64,000 nucleotides of DNA from Cyanobacteriota bacterium (GTDB lineage: Bacteria > Cyanobacteriota > Cyanobacteriia > PCC-6307 > Cyanobiaceae), in assembly GCA_046052125.1 (NCBI GenBank), contig JBJOMY010000001.1:64001-128000 (forward strand). The letters are read 5' to 3'. Position numbers and translations under genes: made by a program. This document shows positions 51,192 through 61,221 of this stretch, piece by piece; positions within the stretch are counted from its first letter, which is position 1; each line of letters begins with the position of its first letter. Below the pieces are notes generated by a model. That model saw only the letters and a program-made list of their open reading frames with translations. It did no database searches and was not told where the DNA came from.

Positions 51192-51908
51192 ATGAGCCCC
51201 ACCTACAAGCTGGAGGTGGTGAGCGATGCCACCCAGCTGGCCCAAAACTGCGCTGAGCGCATCGCCGCCCTGATCGATCTGGCGCTCGACGAGCGTGATC
51301 GCGCCCATATCGCCCTCTCCGGCGGCACCACGCCGGCGGCGGCCTACCGGGTGCTCAATCAGGAGCATCTGCCCTGGAATCGGGTGGATGTGGTGCTGGG
51401 TGATGAGCGCTGGGTTCCCCCCACCGATCCCGCCAGCAATGCCCGCATGCTCAGGGACACCTTGTTGGCAGGGGCTGGTCCTGGCGCTTCCGCGCGCTTC
51501 CATCCGGTGCCAACGGAGCTCGCGTCACCCGAGGCTTCGGTGGATGCCTTTGAAACCTATGTGCGCGAGCTCTGCCCAGGGGATCCGCCGATCTTCGATG
51601 TGATGCTCCTGGGATTGGGCGATGACGGCCATACGGCGTCGCTGTTTCCCGGCACCCCGGCCACCCGCGAACGGAACCGTCTGGTGACAATCGGTGCGGG
51701 CAAGGGGATGGAGCGGATCAGCCTCACTGCGCCGGTGCTCAGCGCCGCGCGGCAGGTGATCTTCTTGGTGAGTGGAGCGGCGAAGCGCCAGGCGCTCCAG
51801 CGCTTGCTTGATCCAGCGGAGCAGCCGGAGCGCACACCCGCCAAGCTGGTGCAACCCCAGGCACCGGTGTTGGTGCTGGCGGACACTGAGGCTGCACAAG
51901 GGATCTGA
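51192..51908 (+). CDS. pgl: 6-phosphogluconolactonase
   Basis: ALSGGTTP, GDERWVP, LGLGDDGHTASLFP. Confidence 0.96.
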   Translation: MSPTYKLEVVSDATQLAQNCAERIAALIDLALDERDRAHIALSGGTTPAAAYRVLNQEHLPWNRVDVVLGDERWVPPTDPASNARMLRDTLLAGAGPGASARFHPVPTELASPEASVDAFETYVRELCPGDPPIFDVMLLGLGDDGHTASLFPGTPATRERNRLVTIGAGKGMERISLTAPVLSAARQVIFLVSGAAKRQALQRLLDPAEQPERTPAKLVQPQAPVLVLADTEAAQGI

Positions 51909-52459
51909 TGCTCGCTCCACTGCCCATCGCCAGCGGCGATGGCTTCGCCGGTTGGCAGGCGCTCAACGACACGATCATGGGCGGCCGCAGCCGCGGCACC
52001 GTGCAGGCCACCTCGGAGGGTCTGGTGATGGACGCGTTTGTGGAGCCGGAAGGGGGCGGGTTTGTGAGCTGCCGTTCGCCGGTGTTTGATCCACCGCTGG
52101 ATCTCTCCAGTTATGGAGCCTTGGAGCTGCAACTGGATGGCGATGGCCGCCGCTTCAAGCTGGCGCTGGCCTGCCGCGACGGGGTGGCGGGGCTCACGGA
52201 GTTGATTCCAGGCGGCCTGCGCTGGGTGTCTGAATTTTCCACCCGCAGCCAGGGCACTTCATCGGTGGTGATTCCCTTCAGTCGTCTCACCCCGAGTGTG
52301 CGTGCCACGCCGGTGGGCATGCCGGTGCGTTTTGATCCGGCCCGCATCACCCGCCTGCAGATCCTCCATTCCAAGTTCGGTGACATGGGCGGCCGCAACC
52401 CCGGCTTCCGGCCTGGTGAGCTGCGGCTCCTGATCCGCTCGATCTCCGCTGTGGTGTGA
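51908..52459 (+). CDS. CIA30 family protein
   Basis: WQALNDTIMGGRS, GGGFVSCRS, GDGRRFK. Confidence 0.88.
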   Translation: MLAPLPIASGDGFAGWQALNDTIMGGRSRGTVQATSEGLVMDAFVEPEGGGFVSCRSPVFDPPLDLSSYGALELQLDGDGRRFKLALACRDGVAGLTELIPGGLRWVSEFSTRSQGTSSVVIPFSRLTPSVRATPVGMPVRFDPARITRLQILHSKFGDMGGRNPGFRPGELRLLIRSISAVV

Positions 52460-52465
52460 GCGCCG

Positions 52466-52882
52466 ATGGACAGCTTCGACGCCAGCCCCTTTGAGCAGTT
52501 TCTGGCGGAGATCGCCAAGGCTGCTGATCTGTGTTTCAAGCCCTACCGCCACGGGCTGCGCTTCAGCGGCGAGCCGCCCACGAGCATCGGTGAGTGCAGC
52601 GATTGCGCCTTGCTGATCGAGGCGCGCGATGGTGATGGTGTGCGGCTCCCTGAGCGCGATCTCGAGCTGGAGATCTACCGCAGTGGAGCCGATCTCAACT
52701 TGATGCTGAGCTGGGTGAGCGATGAGCAGGCTCCAATGCTCTGGCACGGGAGCCATCCGGTGTGGATGCAGGCCTCCAGCGGCGAGCGCTGTGAGCGCCC
52801 CAGCGATGGGGCACCACTGGAAGCGCTCTGCCGTCGCCTCAGGGCGATCCTGGTGAGTGAGCCGATCAGCGATTCGCGCTGA
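52466..52882 (+). CDS. picocyanobacterial hypothetical protein
   Basis: 138 aa; [34 protein letters not shown]. Confidence 0.7.
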   Translation: MDSFDASPFEQFLAEIAKAADLCFKPYRHGLRFSGEPPTSIGECSDCALLIEARDGDGVRLPERDLELEIYRSGADLNLMLSWVSDEQAPMLWHGSHPVWMQASSGERCERPSDGAPLEALCRRLRAILVSEPISDSR

Positions 52883-54554
52883 GCTCGGCCTGGTCGGTCA
52901 CGGCACCTTTGCTGCTGCTGCTCACCAGGCGGGCGTATTTGCCGAGTACACCGGTGCGGTAGCGGGGCTCGGGCTTGCTCCAGGCGGCGCGGCGCTGGGC
53001 GATCTCCTCCTCGCTCACGTTGAGCTGAATCAGCAGCTGATTGGCATCCACGGTGATGCTGTCGCCTTCCTGCACCAGGCCGATGGTGCCCCCCACGGCG
53101 GCTTCCGGGGCGATGTGGCCGATCACCAACCCGAACGATCCGCCGGAGAAGCGGCCATCGGTGATCAGAGCCACCGAATCGAGCAGGCCCTGGCCCACGA
53201 TCGCGGCGGTGGGGCTGAGCATCTCGCGCATGCCGGGGCCGCCCACGGGACCCTCATTGCGCACCACAACCACATCGCCGGGGTTGATCTGCTTGTCGAG
53301 GATGGCGGCGAGGCAGGTTTCCTCGCTCTCGAACACGCGGGCGGGGCCGGTGATCACCGGATTCTTCACGCCGCTGATCTTGGCCACGGCGCCCTCTTCG
53401 GCCAGGTTGCCCTTGAGGATCGCCAGGTGGCCCTTGGCGTAGAGCGGGTTGCTCAGGGGACGGATCACGTCCTGCCCGGCGGGGGGCTCGGAGGGCACAT
53501 CGGCCAACACCTGCTTGAGGGTTTTGCCCTCAATCGTTTTGCAGTCGCCGTGCAGAAGTCCGGCGTCGAGCAGGAGCTTCATCACCTGGGGGATGCCACC
53601 GGCTTGGTGGAGATCCACGGTCACGTAGCGGCCGCTGGGCTTGAGATCACAGATCACGGGCACGCGCTGGCGGATTGTCTCGAAGTCGTCGATCGAGAGA
53701 TCCACGCCGGCGGTGCGGGCCACGGCGAGCAGGTGCAGCACCGAGTTGGTGGAGCCGCCCACGGCCATGATCACGCTGATGGCATTTTCAAACGCCTCGC
53801 GGGTCATCAGATCGCGGGGAAGGATGTTCGCCTTGATCGCATCGGCCAGCACCTCGGCGCTGCGGGCGGCGCTGTCGGCCTTCTCGGGATCTTCAGCCGC
53901 CATGGTGGAGCTGTAGGGCAGGCTCAGGCCGAGCACCTCGAAGGCGGCGCTCATCGTGTTGGCGGTGAACATGCCGCCGCAGCTGCCAGCGCCGGGGCAG
54001 GCGTTTTTCTCGATGGCGGTGAGCTCCTGCTCGTCGATCTTGCCGCCGCTGTACTGACCCACCGCCTCAAAGGCGCTCACCACGGTGAGGTCGCAGGCGC
54101 CGAGCTTGCCCGGTTTGATCGTGCCCCCGTAGACAAAGATCGAGGGGATGTTCATGCGGGCCATGGCGAGCATGGCGCCGGGCATGTTCTTGTCGCAGCC
54201 GCCGATCGCCAGCAGCGCATCCATGCTCTGACCGTTGACGGCCGTTTCGATCGAATCGGCGATCACCTCACGGCTCACCAGGGAGTACTTCATCCCCTCG
54301 GTGCCCATGGAGATGCCATCGCTCACCGTGATCGTGCCGAACATCTGCGGCATCGCCCCGGCGGCATGGGCTGATTCCTCCGCGCGGCGGGCAAGATCAT
54401 TCAGCCCCAGGTTGCAGGGGGTGATGGTGCTGTAGCCGTTGGCGATGCCGATGATCGGCTTGGTGAAGTCAGCGTCTCCGAAGCCCACCGCCCGAAGCAT
54501 GGCGCGGTTGGGGGAGCGCTGGATGCCTTGGGTGATCGCGGCTGAGCGGAGCAT
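52866..54554 (-). CDS. ilvD: dihydroxy-acid dehydratase
   Basis: [37 protein letters not shown]. Confidence 0.98.
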   Translation of the reverse strand: MLRSAAITQGIQRSPNRAMLRAVGFGDADFTKPIIGIANGYSTITPCNLGLNDLARRAEESAHAAGAMPQMFGTITVSDGISMGTEGMKYSLVSREVIADSIETAVNGQSMDALLAIGGCDKNMPGAMLAMARMNIPSIFVYGGTIKPGKLGACDLTVVSAFEAVGQYSGGKIDEQELTAIEKNACPGAGSCGGMFTANTMSAAFEVLGLSLPYSSTMAAEDPEKADSAARSAEVLADAIKANILPRDLMTREAFENAISVIMAVGGSTNSVLHLLAVARTAGVDLSIDDFETIRQRVPVICDLKPSGRYVTVDLHQAGGIPQVMKLLLDAGLLHGDCKTIEGKTLKQVLADVPSEPPAGQDVIRPLSNPLYAKGHLAILKGNLAEEGAVAKISGVKNPVITGPARVFESEETCLAAILDKQINPGDVVVVRNEGPVGGPGMREMLSPTAAIVGQGLLDSVALITDGRFSGGSFGLVIGHIAPEAAVGGTIGLVQEGDSITVDANQLLIQLNVSEEEIAQRRAAWSKPEPRYRTGVLGKYARLVSSSSKGAVTDQAELSANR

Positions 54555-54610
54555 GGCTGCGGCGGTGGTGTAGCAGCAACCTACCGAGCGGCTGGGTCAG
54601 CGAGCCCAGC

Positions 54611-54907
54611 TCAGTTCTGGGTGCTCATGCTCTCGAGCTGGCGTCGCACGTCTTCGATTGCCTGGTTGAGCTCGTGCACCTTGTCTTGAAGCTCGGCTTC
54701 GCGCACCGGACGGTTGCTGGCCGTGGTGTCCAGCTCCTCGTCTTCATTCCAGGAGAGGCGATTGATGCGCAGGCTGCGCTCCTGGCGCTGGCTGGCGCGC
54801 CGGCGCTCCGCCTCAGAGAGCAGCCACCAGCCCAGGCCAGCGGCACCAATCAGGGCCCCGGCCAGCAGGGTTCCCAGAGACCCGGAACTGCTGTCGCGGT
54901 TGGCCAT
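54611..54907 (-). CDS. hypothetical membrane-anchored coiled-coil protein
   Basis: N-terminal TM (LLAGALIGAAGLGWWLL); C-terminal LQDKVHELNQAIEDVRRQLE. Confidence 0.75.
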   Translation of the reverse strand: MANRDSSSGSLGTLLAGALIGAAGLGWWLLSEAERRRASQRQERSLRINRLSWNEDEELDTTASNRPVREAELQDKVHELNQAIEDVRRQLESMSTQN

Positions 54908-54933
54908 GGCGCCGTTGGCTTAGTGGAGCGACC

Positions 54934-55593
54934 TCAGCCTACGAAGTTCGTCTGGTCAAGGCCATAGAGGCGTTGATCGGCGTCACCAAATCCGGGAAGG
55001 ATGCGCTGCTCGGGATCGAGCTCGGCGTCGATGCAACCGGTGTAGAGGGTGAGGTCTTCGTAGCGCTCCCCGAGCCGCTTCAAGCCCGGACTGGCGGTGA
55101 GGGCTGTGATCACCCGCACCCGAACGCCGCTGACGCCGCGCTGTTCCAGTTGTTCGAGCACGTGCAACAGGCTGCTGCCGCTGGCCACCTGGGGAGCGAA
55201 CACCAACACACCCGCTCGGGCTGGAATCTGCTCTGGCAGCCCGTTGAACCAGGTGCCATCCCCGCCGGGGTTAACCCCGATGTGGGCCACGGCTGCGCTG
55301 GGCACGACGGGCCGCGCGCCTTCCCATAGAGACAGACCGCTGCGGAGCAGGGGCACCGCCAGCATCGGGACGGACCCATCCACCACCGTTCCTTCGGTGG
55401 CCGCCAGGGGCGTTTTCACCTGCACGCGCTGATAGGGGATCCAGTCGCGCAGGGCTTCGTAGGTGAGCCAGCGCCCCAGTTCCGCCATGGCGGTGTTGAA
55501 CAGGGCAGCGGGGGTGTCTTGATCCCGCAGCAGGGTGAGCCAGTGGCCGATCAGTGGATGGGGCGGAACCACCACCCGCAGGGTCTTGCTCAT
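54934..55593 (-). CDS. upp: uracil phosphoribosyltransferase-family protein
   Basis: VVPPHPLIGHWLTLLRD, LGRWLTYEA, VPLLRSG, ILPGFGD; the PRPP-binding DPMLATG motif reads APQVASG. Confidence 0.85.
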   Translation of the reverse strand: MSKTLRVVVPPHPLIGHWLTLLRDQDTPAALFNTAMAELGRWLTYEALRDWIPYQRVQVKTPLAATEGTVVDGSVPMLAVPLLRSGLSLWEGARPVVPSAAVAHIGVNPGGDGTWFNGLPEQIPARAGVLVFAPQVASGSSLLHVLEQLEQRGVSGVRVRVITALTASPGLKRLGERYEDLTLYTGCIDAELDPEQRILPGFGDADQRLYGLDQTNFVG

Positions 55594-55649
55594 CGATCGC
55601 GCTGCGGCGGCTGCCTGCAATAACTTGAGCGCCCCAACGTAGTGCTGTC

Positions 55650-56174
55650 GTGTTGTCTCTCCCTCGCCCACTGGTTGCCGCACTGCGGGCCTCCCTGGGT
55701 GTGGTGGTGGCACTGGCGTTGCCTCTGCTGCTCTGGTCGCAGCCGGCGGCGGCGATCACGGCGCCTGAACTGCGCAGCCAGCGCAGCCTTCAGGACCTGC
55801 AACCCGACATGCACGGCCGCAACCTGCAGCAGCAGGAATTCCTCAAGGCCAACCTCGAGGGCTTCAACCTCAGCGAAACGGATCTGCGCGGCGCCGTGTT
55901 TAACACCGCCAATCTGCAGGGGGCCAACCTGCACGCCGCTGATCTGGAAGATGCGGTGGCCTTTGCCAGCCGTTTCGACAACGCCGATCTCAGCGATGCG
56001 GTGTTGCGCAACGCGATGTTGATGAACAGCAAATTCGCTGGTGCTGAGATCGCTGGAGCGGACTTCACCGATGCGGTGTTGGATCTGCCGCAGCAGAAGG
56101 CTCTCTGCGGCCGGGCCGATGGCGTGAATTCCCGCACCGGCGTAGCCACCCGCGACAGCCTCAACTGCCGTTGA
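55650..56174 (+). CDS. pentapeptide repeat protein (exported/lumenal)
   Basis: Signal peptide; A(N/D)Lxx repeats; LC..ADGVN..TG..TRDSL.C tail. Confidence 0.9.
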   Translation: MLSLPRPLVAALRASLGVVVALALPLLLWSQPAAAITAPELRSQRSLQDLQPDMHGRNLQQQEFLKANLEGFNLSETDLRGAVFNTANLQGANLHAADLEDAVAFASRFDNADLSDAVLRNAMLMNSKFAGAEIAGADFTDAVLDLPQQKALCGRADGVNSRTGVATRDSLNCR

Positions 56175-56204
56175 TGGTCTTGCGGTCAGACCCCTTACAT
56201 TGAG

Positions 56205-56335
56205 CCGATCGGTTCTTCGGGGGATCAGCCCGAAGAGGAAACGGGGAAAGTCCGGTGTGAATCCGGCGCTGTCCCGCAGCTGTGAACGGATCTGGCGTTC
56301 TCGCCCTGTTCCGCAGTCAGAACGCCCGCCGGTGA
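56205..56335 (+). ncRNA. cobalamin riboswitch
   Basis: GGTTC..GAAACGGGGAAAGTCCGGTGTGAATCCGGCGCTGTCCCGCAGCTGTGAA...AGTCAGAACGCCCGCC (B12 box), upstream of hupE-cobW. Confidence 0.93.
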
Positions 56336-56370
56336 TCCCCATTCCCCTCTGGCGCGGACCAGACCAAGAC

Positions 56371-56961
56371 ATGTTTCAACGCCTCATCCCGGCAGCGGGC
56401 CTTCTAGCCCTGCTCGCCGCCGGCCCCGCTTTGGCCCATCACCCGATGGAGGCCATGCACCTGGAGCCCACGGCGTTCACCGGCCTGATCAGTGGTCTCG
56501 CTCACCCGCTGTTGGGTGTCGACCATTTGCTGTTCCTGGTGGCCCTGGCCCTGGTGGGTGTGCAGCGCTCCGGTCGCTGGATGATCGCCATGCTGGCGGT
56601 GGGCTTGGGCGGTACGGCCCTTGGTCTGGCGTTGCCTGGCCTGCCCATGGCTGAGCTGCTGGTGGCGCTCACCCTGGTGGTGGAGGGTTTGGTGGTGGCC
56701 AAGCGCCTGCCCCAGGTGCTGCTGGTGCCTGCCTTCGCCCTGCACGGCTATGTGCTGAGCACCTCAGTGATCGGCTGGGAGAGCAGCCCGATCGCTGGCT
56801 ACCTGCTCGGATTGCTGATCAGCCAGGGAGCACTCCTTTTGCTGGCGCTGGTGGGTCTGCGTCAGGCCGCTTCTCGTCTTGATGGGTCGGCCCGCACGTT
56901 GCTGGCCGGTGCCCTGATCGGCATTGGCGCGGCCTTCAGCTTCTCCGCGCTGCTCGCCTGA
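56371..56961 (+). CDS. hupE: HupE/UreJ family cobalt/nickel transporter
   Basis: Signal peptide then AHHPM, GLAHPLLGVDHL, FALHGY. Confidence 0.9.
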   Translation: MFQRLIPAAGLLALLAAGPALAHHPMEAMHLEPTAFTGLISGLAHPLLGVDHLLFLVALALVGVQRSGRWMIAMLAVGLGGTALGLALPGLPMAELLVALTLVVEGLVVAKRLPQVLLVPAFALHGYVLSTSVIGWESSPIAGYLLGLLISQGALLLLALVGLRQAASRLDGSARTLLAGALIGIGAAFSFSALLA

Positions 56962-56962
56962 G

Positions 56963-58084
56963 ATGAGCGCAAGAACTAGCCGTCTGCCGGTCACGGTGGT
57001 GACGGGCTTTCTTGGCGCCGGCAAATCCACGCTGTTGCGGCAGCTGTTGCTCAACAGCGGTCTGCGTTTGGCGGTGTTGGTGAATGAATTCGGCGAGGTG
57101 GGGATCGATGGCGATCTGATCCGCAGCTGCGGCTTCTGCCCGGAGGAGGAGCTCGATGGCCGTGTGGTGGAGCTGGCCAACGGCTGCCTTTGCTGCACGG
57201 TGCAGGACGAATTCCTGCCCACGATGCAGACCCTGCTGGAGCGGGCCGATCAGCTCGACGGGATCGTGGTGGAAACCAGTGGTTTGGCCCTGCCTGTGCC
57301 GCTGGTGCAGGCCTTCGGCTGGCCTGAAATCCGCACCCGCACTCGCGTGAGCGGCGTGGTGACGGTGGTGGATGGCGAGGCGCTGGCGGCGGGCAGCGTG
57401 GTGGGAGATCCAGCGGCCCTTGAGGCGCAGCGGCTGGCGGATCCCAACCTCGATCACCTGAGCGACATCCAGGATCTGTTCGAAGATCAGCTCGAGGCGG
57501 CGGATCTGGTGCTGCTCAGCCGAGCCGATTGCCTCAACGCCGATCAGATCGAGAGCCTGCGCGCTCAGATCACGGGGCTGACCCGCGAGGGGGTGTCGGT
57601 GATCCCGATGCAACGCGGTGAGGTGCCGGCGGCACTGCTGCTGGGCCTCGATCGCGCCGATTCGCACGATCACCCGGATTACGACCACGAGCACGCTCAC
57701 GGCCATGGCCACGGGCACGACGACCACGACCACGACCACGACCACGATCACGATCACCACCACGACCACGACCACGACCATCACGACCACACCCACGTGG
57801 CGATGCAGTCGGCCGTGTTGCGTTGGCAGGGTGCCGTGGATCGCAGCGCGCTGGAGGCGCGCCTGCGGGAGCAGATCAGCGCTCAGAACCTGCTGAGGCT
57901 CAAGGGCCGCGCCTGGCTACCGGGTAAGCCCTTCCCGCTGCAGATCCAGGCGGTGGGCCCGCGGCTTGAGTGTTGGTTTGACACCAGTGCCCCTGGCCAG
58001 CGGCCCCTGGAGGATGGCGTTGAGCTGGTGGCCCTCGGCCTATCGGTGGATGGCGCGGCTCTCGAGTTGGCGTTGCGGGCCTGA
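56963..58084 (+). CDS. cobW: cobalamin biosynthesis GTPase/metallochaperone CobW
   Basis: TGFLGAGKST, VNEFGEVGIDG, GCLCCTV, ETSGLA, His-rich linker, LRLKG, QAVGPR. Confidence 0.93.
   Translation: MSARTSRLPVTVVTGFLGAGKSTLLRQLLLNSGLRLAVLVNEFGEVGIDGDLIRSCGFCPEEELDGRVVELANGCLCCTVQDEFLPTMQTLLERADQLDGIVVETSGLALPVPLVQAFGWPEIRTRTRVSGVVTVVDGEALAAGSVVGDPAALEAQRLADPNLDHLSDIQDLFEDQLEAADLVLLSRADCLNADQIESLRAQITGLTREGVSVIPMQRGEVPAALLLGLDRADSHDHPDYDHEHAHGHGHGHDDHDHDHDHDHDHHHDHDHDHHDHTHVAMQSAVLRWQGAVDRSALEARLREQISAQNLLRLKGRAWLPGKPFPLQIQAVGPRLECWFDTSAPGQRPLEDGVELVALGLSVDGAALELALRA
57660..57796 (+). repeat. His/Asp coding tract built on GACCAC hexamer repeats, inside cobW
   Basis: Encodes DSHDHPDYDHEHAHGHGHGHDDHDHDHDHDHDHHHDHDHDHHDHTH. 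Confidence 0.9.
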
Positions 58085-58092
58085 AGGCTGGC

Positions 58093-58428
58093 CTAATCGA
58101 GGGGGAGATCCCCTTTGGCGCAAACGCCGTCCCAGCAGAGGGCCCGTTGGGCCGTCCACACCGGCTGCACTGACTTGCGGGCACCCGCCCGGTCGGTGAG
58201 GGTGACGCTGCCGCGGCCGTCGCTGCGGAAGTCGAGCCGGTGGGGGCCCACCTGCAACCACCAGTGCTCACCGAGCTCCTCGATCGTGAGCGTGCAGGGC
58301 TGCCAATCGCCCTGCTCCAGTTGGCATTCCACGGGCACGCTCAGGGCGTGTTGGGCCTGGGCGCGCTCGAGCAGCAGCTGCGGTGTGAGCAGCAATGCAG
58401 GGATCCAGAGCAGTCGGCTGGCAAGCAC
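58093..58428 (-). CDS. hypothetical exported protein
   Basis: Signal-like N-terminus from GTG 58428; Cys pairs (VEC..WQPC; LCWDGVCAKG). Confidence 0.65.
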   Translation of the reverse strand: MLASRLLWIPALLLTPQLLLERAQAQHALSVPVECQLEQGDWQPCTLTIEELGEHWWLQVGPHRLDFRSDGRGSVTLTDRAGARKSVQPVWTAQRALCWDGVCAKGDLPLD

Positions 58429-58522
58429 GGCGCGGCGGTGCGGCGGCTTTCTCCAACGTGACCACGGCGGCGGGGGTGCGTCAGCCGGCCTGCCAAGATT
58501 TAACAATCCTCGTGGAGTTCAG

Positions 58523-58792
58523 GTGCCGCTCTTCTCCGCCCGCGTGCTGGTGTCCCTCAGGCCGTCGGTGCTTGATCCCGCCGGTGAGGCCACCCGGGCA
58601 GCGGCGGCGCGCCTCGGCGTGGATGGCGTGAGCCGACTGCGCATCGGTAAGGCTGTGGAGGTGGAGCTGGAAGCACCCGACGCTCAAACCGCTCGCCAAC
58701 AGCTGGAACTGCTCAGCGATCGCCTGCTCGCCAACCCCGTGATCGAGAACTGGACCCTCGAGCTCAAGGACGACAACAGCGCAGGAGCCTGA
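58523..58792 (+). CDS. purS: FGAM synthase subunit PurS
   Basis: [30 protein letters not shown] 58523. Confidence 0.95.
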   Translation: MPLFSARVLVSLRPSVLDPAGEATRAAAARLGVDGVSRLRIGKAVEVELEAPDAQTARQQLELLSDRLLANPVIENWTLELKDDNSAGA

Positions 58793-58794
58793 CG

Positions 58795-59448
58795 ATGACC
58801 CTCGGTGTTGTGGTGTTTCCCGGCTCCAACTGCGACCGGGATGTGCAGTGGGCTGCCGAGGGCTGCCTGGGCATCAAAACCCGTTTCCTCTGGCATGAGG
58901 AGCGCGATCTCAGCGGCCTCGACGCGGTGGTGATCCCGGGTGGATTCAGCTATGGCGATTACCTGCGCTGCGGCGCGATCGCCCGTTTTGCGCCGGTGCT
59001 CCAGGAAGTGGCGGCGTTTGCCGAACGGGGCGGCCGGGTGTTGGGCATCTGCAATGGCTTCCAGGTGCTCACCGAGATGGGTCTGCTCCCCGGAGCGCTC
59101 ACCCGCAACCAGAAGCTGCACTTCATCTGCGAACCCACGGACCTTCGCGTCGAACCAGGCCAGTGCTCCTGGCTGCAGGGGTACAACCGCGGTGAGGTGG
59201 TGAATTTCCCAATCGCCCACGGCGAAGGCCGCTACCAGGCGGATCCGGAGCTGCTGCAACAGCTCGAGAGCAACGGCCAAGTGGTGCTGCGCTACTGCAG
59301 CAATCCCAACGGTTCAGTGGGGGATGTGGCTGGCCTCACCAATGCCCAGGGCAATGTGCTCGGCTTGATGCCGCACCCGGAACGGGCCTGTGATCCGGCC
59401 ACCGGTGGTGTGGATGGACGCCGCTTGCTCGCCAGCCTGATCGGCTGA
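58795..59448 (+). CDS. purQ: FGAM synthase subunit PurQ
   Basis: [31 protein letters not shown]. Confidence 0.98.
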   Translation: MTLGVVVFPGSNCDRDVQWAAEGCLGIKTRFLWHEERDLSGLDAVVIPGGFSYGDYLRCGAIARFAPVLQEVAAFAERGGRVLGICNGFQVLTEMGLLPGALTRNQKLHFICEPTDLRVEPGQCSWLQGYNRGEVVNFPIAHGEGRYQADPELLQQLESNGQVVLRYCSNPNGSVGDVAGLTNAQGNVLGLMPHPERACDPATGGVDGRRLLASLIG

Positions 59449-59455
59449 ACCTGGA

Positions 59456-60436
59456 GTGAAGCGGCGCCGGCTGCTGCAGGCGGGGATGGCGCTTGGGGCG
59501 GGGGCCGCGCTCGAGGGCGTTGCGTTTGGTCTGCGCCGAACTGCGCTCGCCGCCCCGGCAACGCTCCAACCACCTCCTTTGCGGCCGGGTAGTCGCATCG
59601 CTGCTCTCGCCCCCGGCACCTGGCTGGATCCGAGCGATCCCCTGCTGGATCAGCTCAAGCGCCGCTGCACCGCCCAGGGTTGGCAGTTGATCCAGCCGCC
59701 GCAGTTGCGGCAGCGCTGGCGCTGGTTTGCCGGAACGGATCAGCAACGCAGCCAGGCCCTGCGCAGCGCCTGGCTGGATCCAGAGGTAGATGCGCTGTTT
59801 TATGTGGGGGCCGGCTGGGGCAGTGCCCGCGTGCTTGAGCAGGGCTGGACCCCGCCCAGTGCACCGCGCTGGTGCGTGGGCTTTTCCGATTGTTCGGCCC
59901 TGCTTCTGGCCCAGTGGGCTGCTGGCAGCGCCGGTGCGGTGCACGGCTGGTTTGGCGGGGATGAGGCGCAGTGGCAGCGGCTGGTGGCCTTGTTGCAACA
60001 CCGGCCCACCAGCCCGCTCCAGGGGGTGGGCGTACAGGGCGGCAACGTGGAGGGACCGCTGGTGGTGAGCAATCTCACCATTGCCACCAGCCTCATCGGT
60101 ACGCCCTGGCTGCCCAGCCTCAAGGGGGCGATCCTGGTGCTGGAAGACACGGGTGAGGCGCCCTACCGGATGGATCGTCAGCTCACCCAATGGCGCAGCG
60201 CCGGGTTGCTGAAGGGGCTGGCGGGTATTGGCCTGGGCCGCTTCAGCTGGGCGGAAGACGATGTGCTTCCAGGGGATTTCACGCTCGAGGAGATCCTGCT
60301 GGAGCGGCTGCGACCGCTGGGCATCCCGATCGTGCGGGCGCTGCCGGTGGGTCATGGCCGCCCCAACCTGGCGCTGCCGTTGGGGGTGCGGGCCCGGCTG
60401 GATGGTGCCAGTGGCGTGCTCAGTATCGCGCCATAA
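59456..60436 (+). CDS. LD-carboxypeptidase (S66) with twin-arginine-like signal peptide
   Basis: MKRRRLLQ leader; GFSD, LEDTGE.PY..DR, GHG catalytic motifs. Confidence 0.88.
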   Translation: MKRRRLLQAGMALGAGAALEGVAFGLRRTALAAPATLQPPPLRPGSRIAALAPGTWLDPSDPLLDQLKRRCTAQGWQLIQPPQLRQRWRWFAGTDQQRSQALRSAWLDPEVDALFYVGAGWGSARVLEQGWTPPSAPRWCVGFSDCSALLLAQWAAGSAGAVHGWFGGDEAQWQRLVALLQHRPTSPLQGVGVQGGNVEGPLVVSNLTIATSLIGTPWLPSLKGAILVLEDTGEAPYRMDRQLTQWRSAGLLKGLAGIGLGRFSWAEDDVLPGDFTLEEILLERLRPLGIPIVRALPVGHGRPNLALPLGVRARLDGASGVLSIAP

Positions 60437-60458
60437 AAAAGGGCCCTTGCGGGCCCTG
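60434..60458 (-). terminator. intrinsic terminator of the peroxiredoxin gene
   Basis: Minus strand AGGGCCC-GCAA-GGGCCCT followed by TTTTT. Confidence 0.85.
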
Positions 60459-60479
60459 AATCGCTGGTTGAGCTGAGGC

Positions 60480-61070
60480 TCAGTTCACAGCGGCGAAGAA
60501 CTCCTTGCTCTTCACGGGGTCGGGGTTCATGGTCTTCTCGCCGGGGGTCCAGTTGGCGGGGCAAACCTCGTCGGGGTTGTTGCGGATGTGCTGGAAGGCC
60601 TGCAGCAGACGCAGGGTTTCGTCAACGCTGCGACCCACGGGCAGGTTGTTGATCGTGCTCTGCATGATCACACCATCAGGATCGATGATGAACAGACCGC
60701 GCAGGGCCACACCGGCATCCTCATCGAGCACCTCGTAGGCGCGGGCGATGTCCTTCTTGAGGTCGGCGACCAGGGGGTAGGCGATGTCGCCGAGGCCGCC
60801 GTTCTTGCGGTCGGTTTGCACCCAGGCGAGGTGGGAGAACTGGCTATCCACCGACACGCCCAGCACTTCGCAGTTGCGGCTGGAGAAATCGCTGTAGCGA
60901 TCGGAGAAAGCGGTGATCTCCGTGGGGCAGACGAAGGTGAAGTCGAGGGGATAGAAGAACAGCACCACGTACTTGCCGCGGTAGGAGGAGAGGGTCACCT
61001 CCTTGAATTCCTGATCCACCACAGCGGTGGCGGTGAAATCAGGAGCCTGCAGACCGACGAGCCTGGACAT
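60480..61070 (-). CDS. 2-Cys peroxiredoxin (AhpC/Prx1)
   Basis: [25 protein letters not shown]. Confidence 0.97.
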   Translation of the reverse strand: MSRLVGLQAPDFTATAVVDQEFKEVTLSSYRGKYVVLFFYPLDFTFVCPTEITAFSDRYSDFSSRNCEVLGVSVDSQFSHLAWVQTDRKNGGLGDIAYPLVADLKKDIARAYEVLDEDAGVALRGLFIIDPDGVIMQSTINNLPVGRSVDETLRLLQAFQHIRNNPDEVCPANWTPGEKTMNPDPVKSKEFFAAVN

Positions 61071-61221
61071 AGGTACGCAACAGTGTGTTTTGGACTTGGG
61101 AAGGCCCGCGCGGGTAAACCCGTACGCGGATCGACTTCCAGTTGTCGCTGTGACAAGTTATCACGCTTTCTGGTGGTTCTGGGCCCGCCTACGCTGCAGC
61201 TACTGAAGGAATGACCCGCTG

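Noticed and set aside
49702..51901. 15-nt direct repeat TGAGGCTGCACAAGG (49702-49716 and 51887-51901) flanking gnd-pgl
   Set aside because: A few 15-mer matches are expected by chance in 64 kb; one copy is inside pgl; no mobility genes nearby
54570..54584. NtcA-like site upstream of ilvD
   Set aside because: Spacing is GTA-N9-TAC, not N8
57660..57796. Tandem repeat as a CRISPR array or mobile repeat
   Set aside because: In-frame His/Asp linker of CobW; no spacers and no cas genes
60480..60510. Peroxiredoxin C-terminal FF in place of the YF motif
   Set aside because: Conservative change that I recall in other cyanobacterial 2-Cys Prx; nothing suggests novelty
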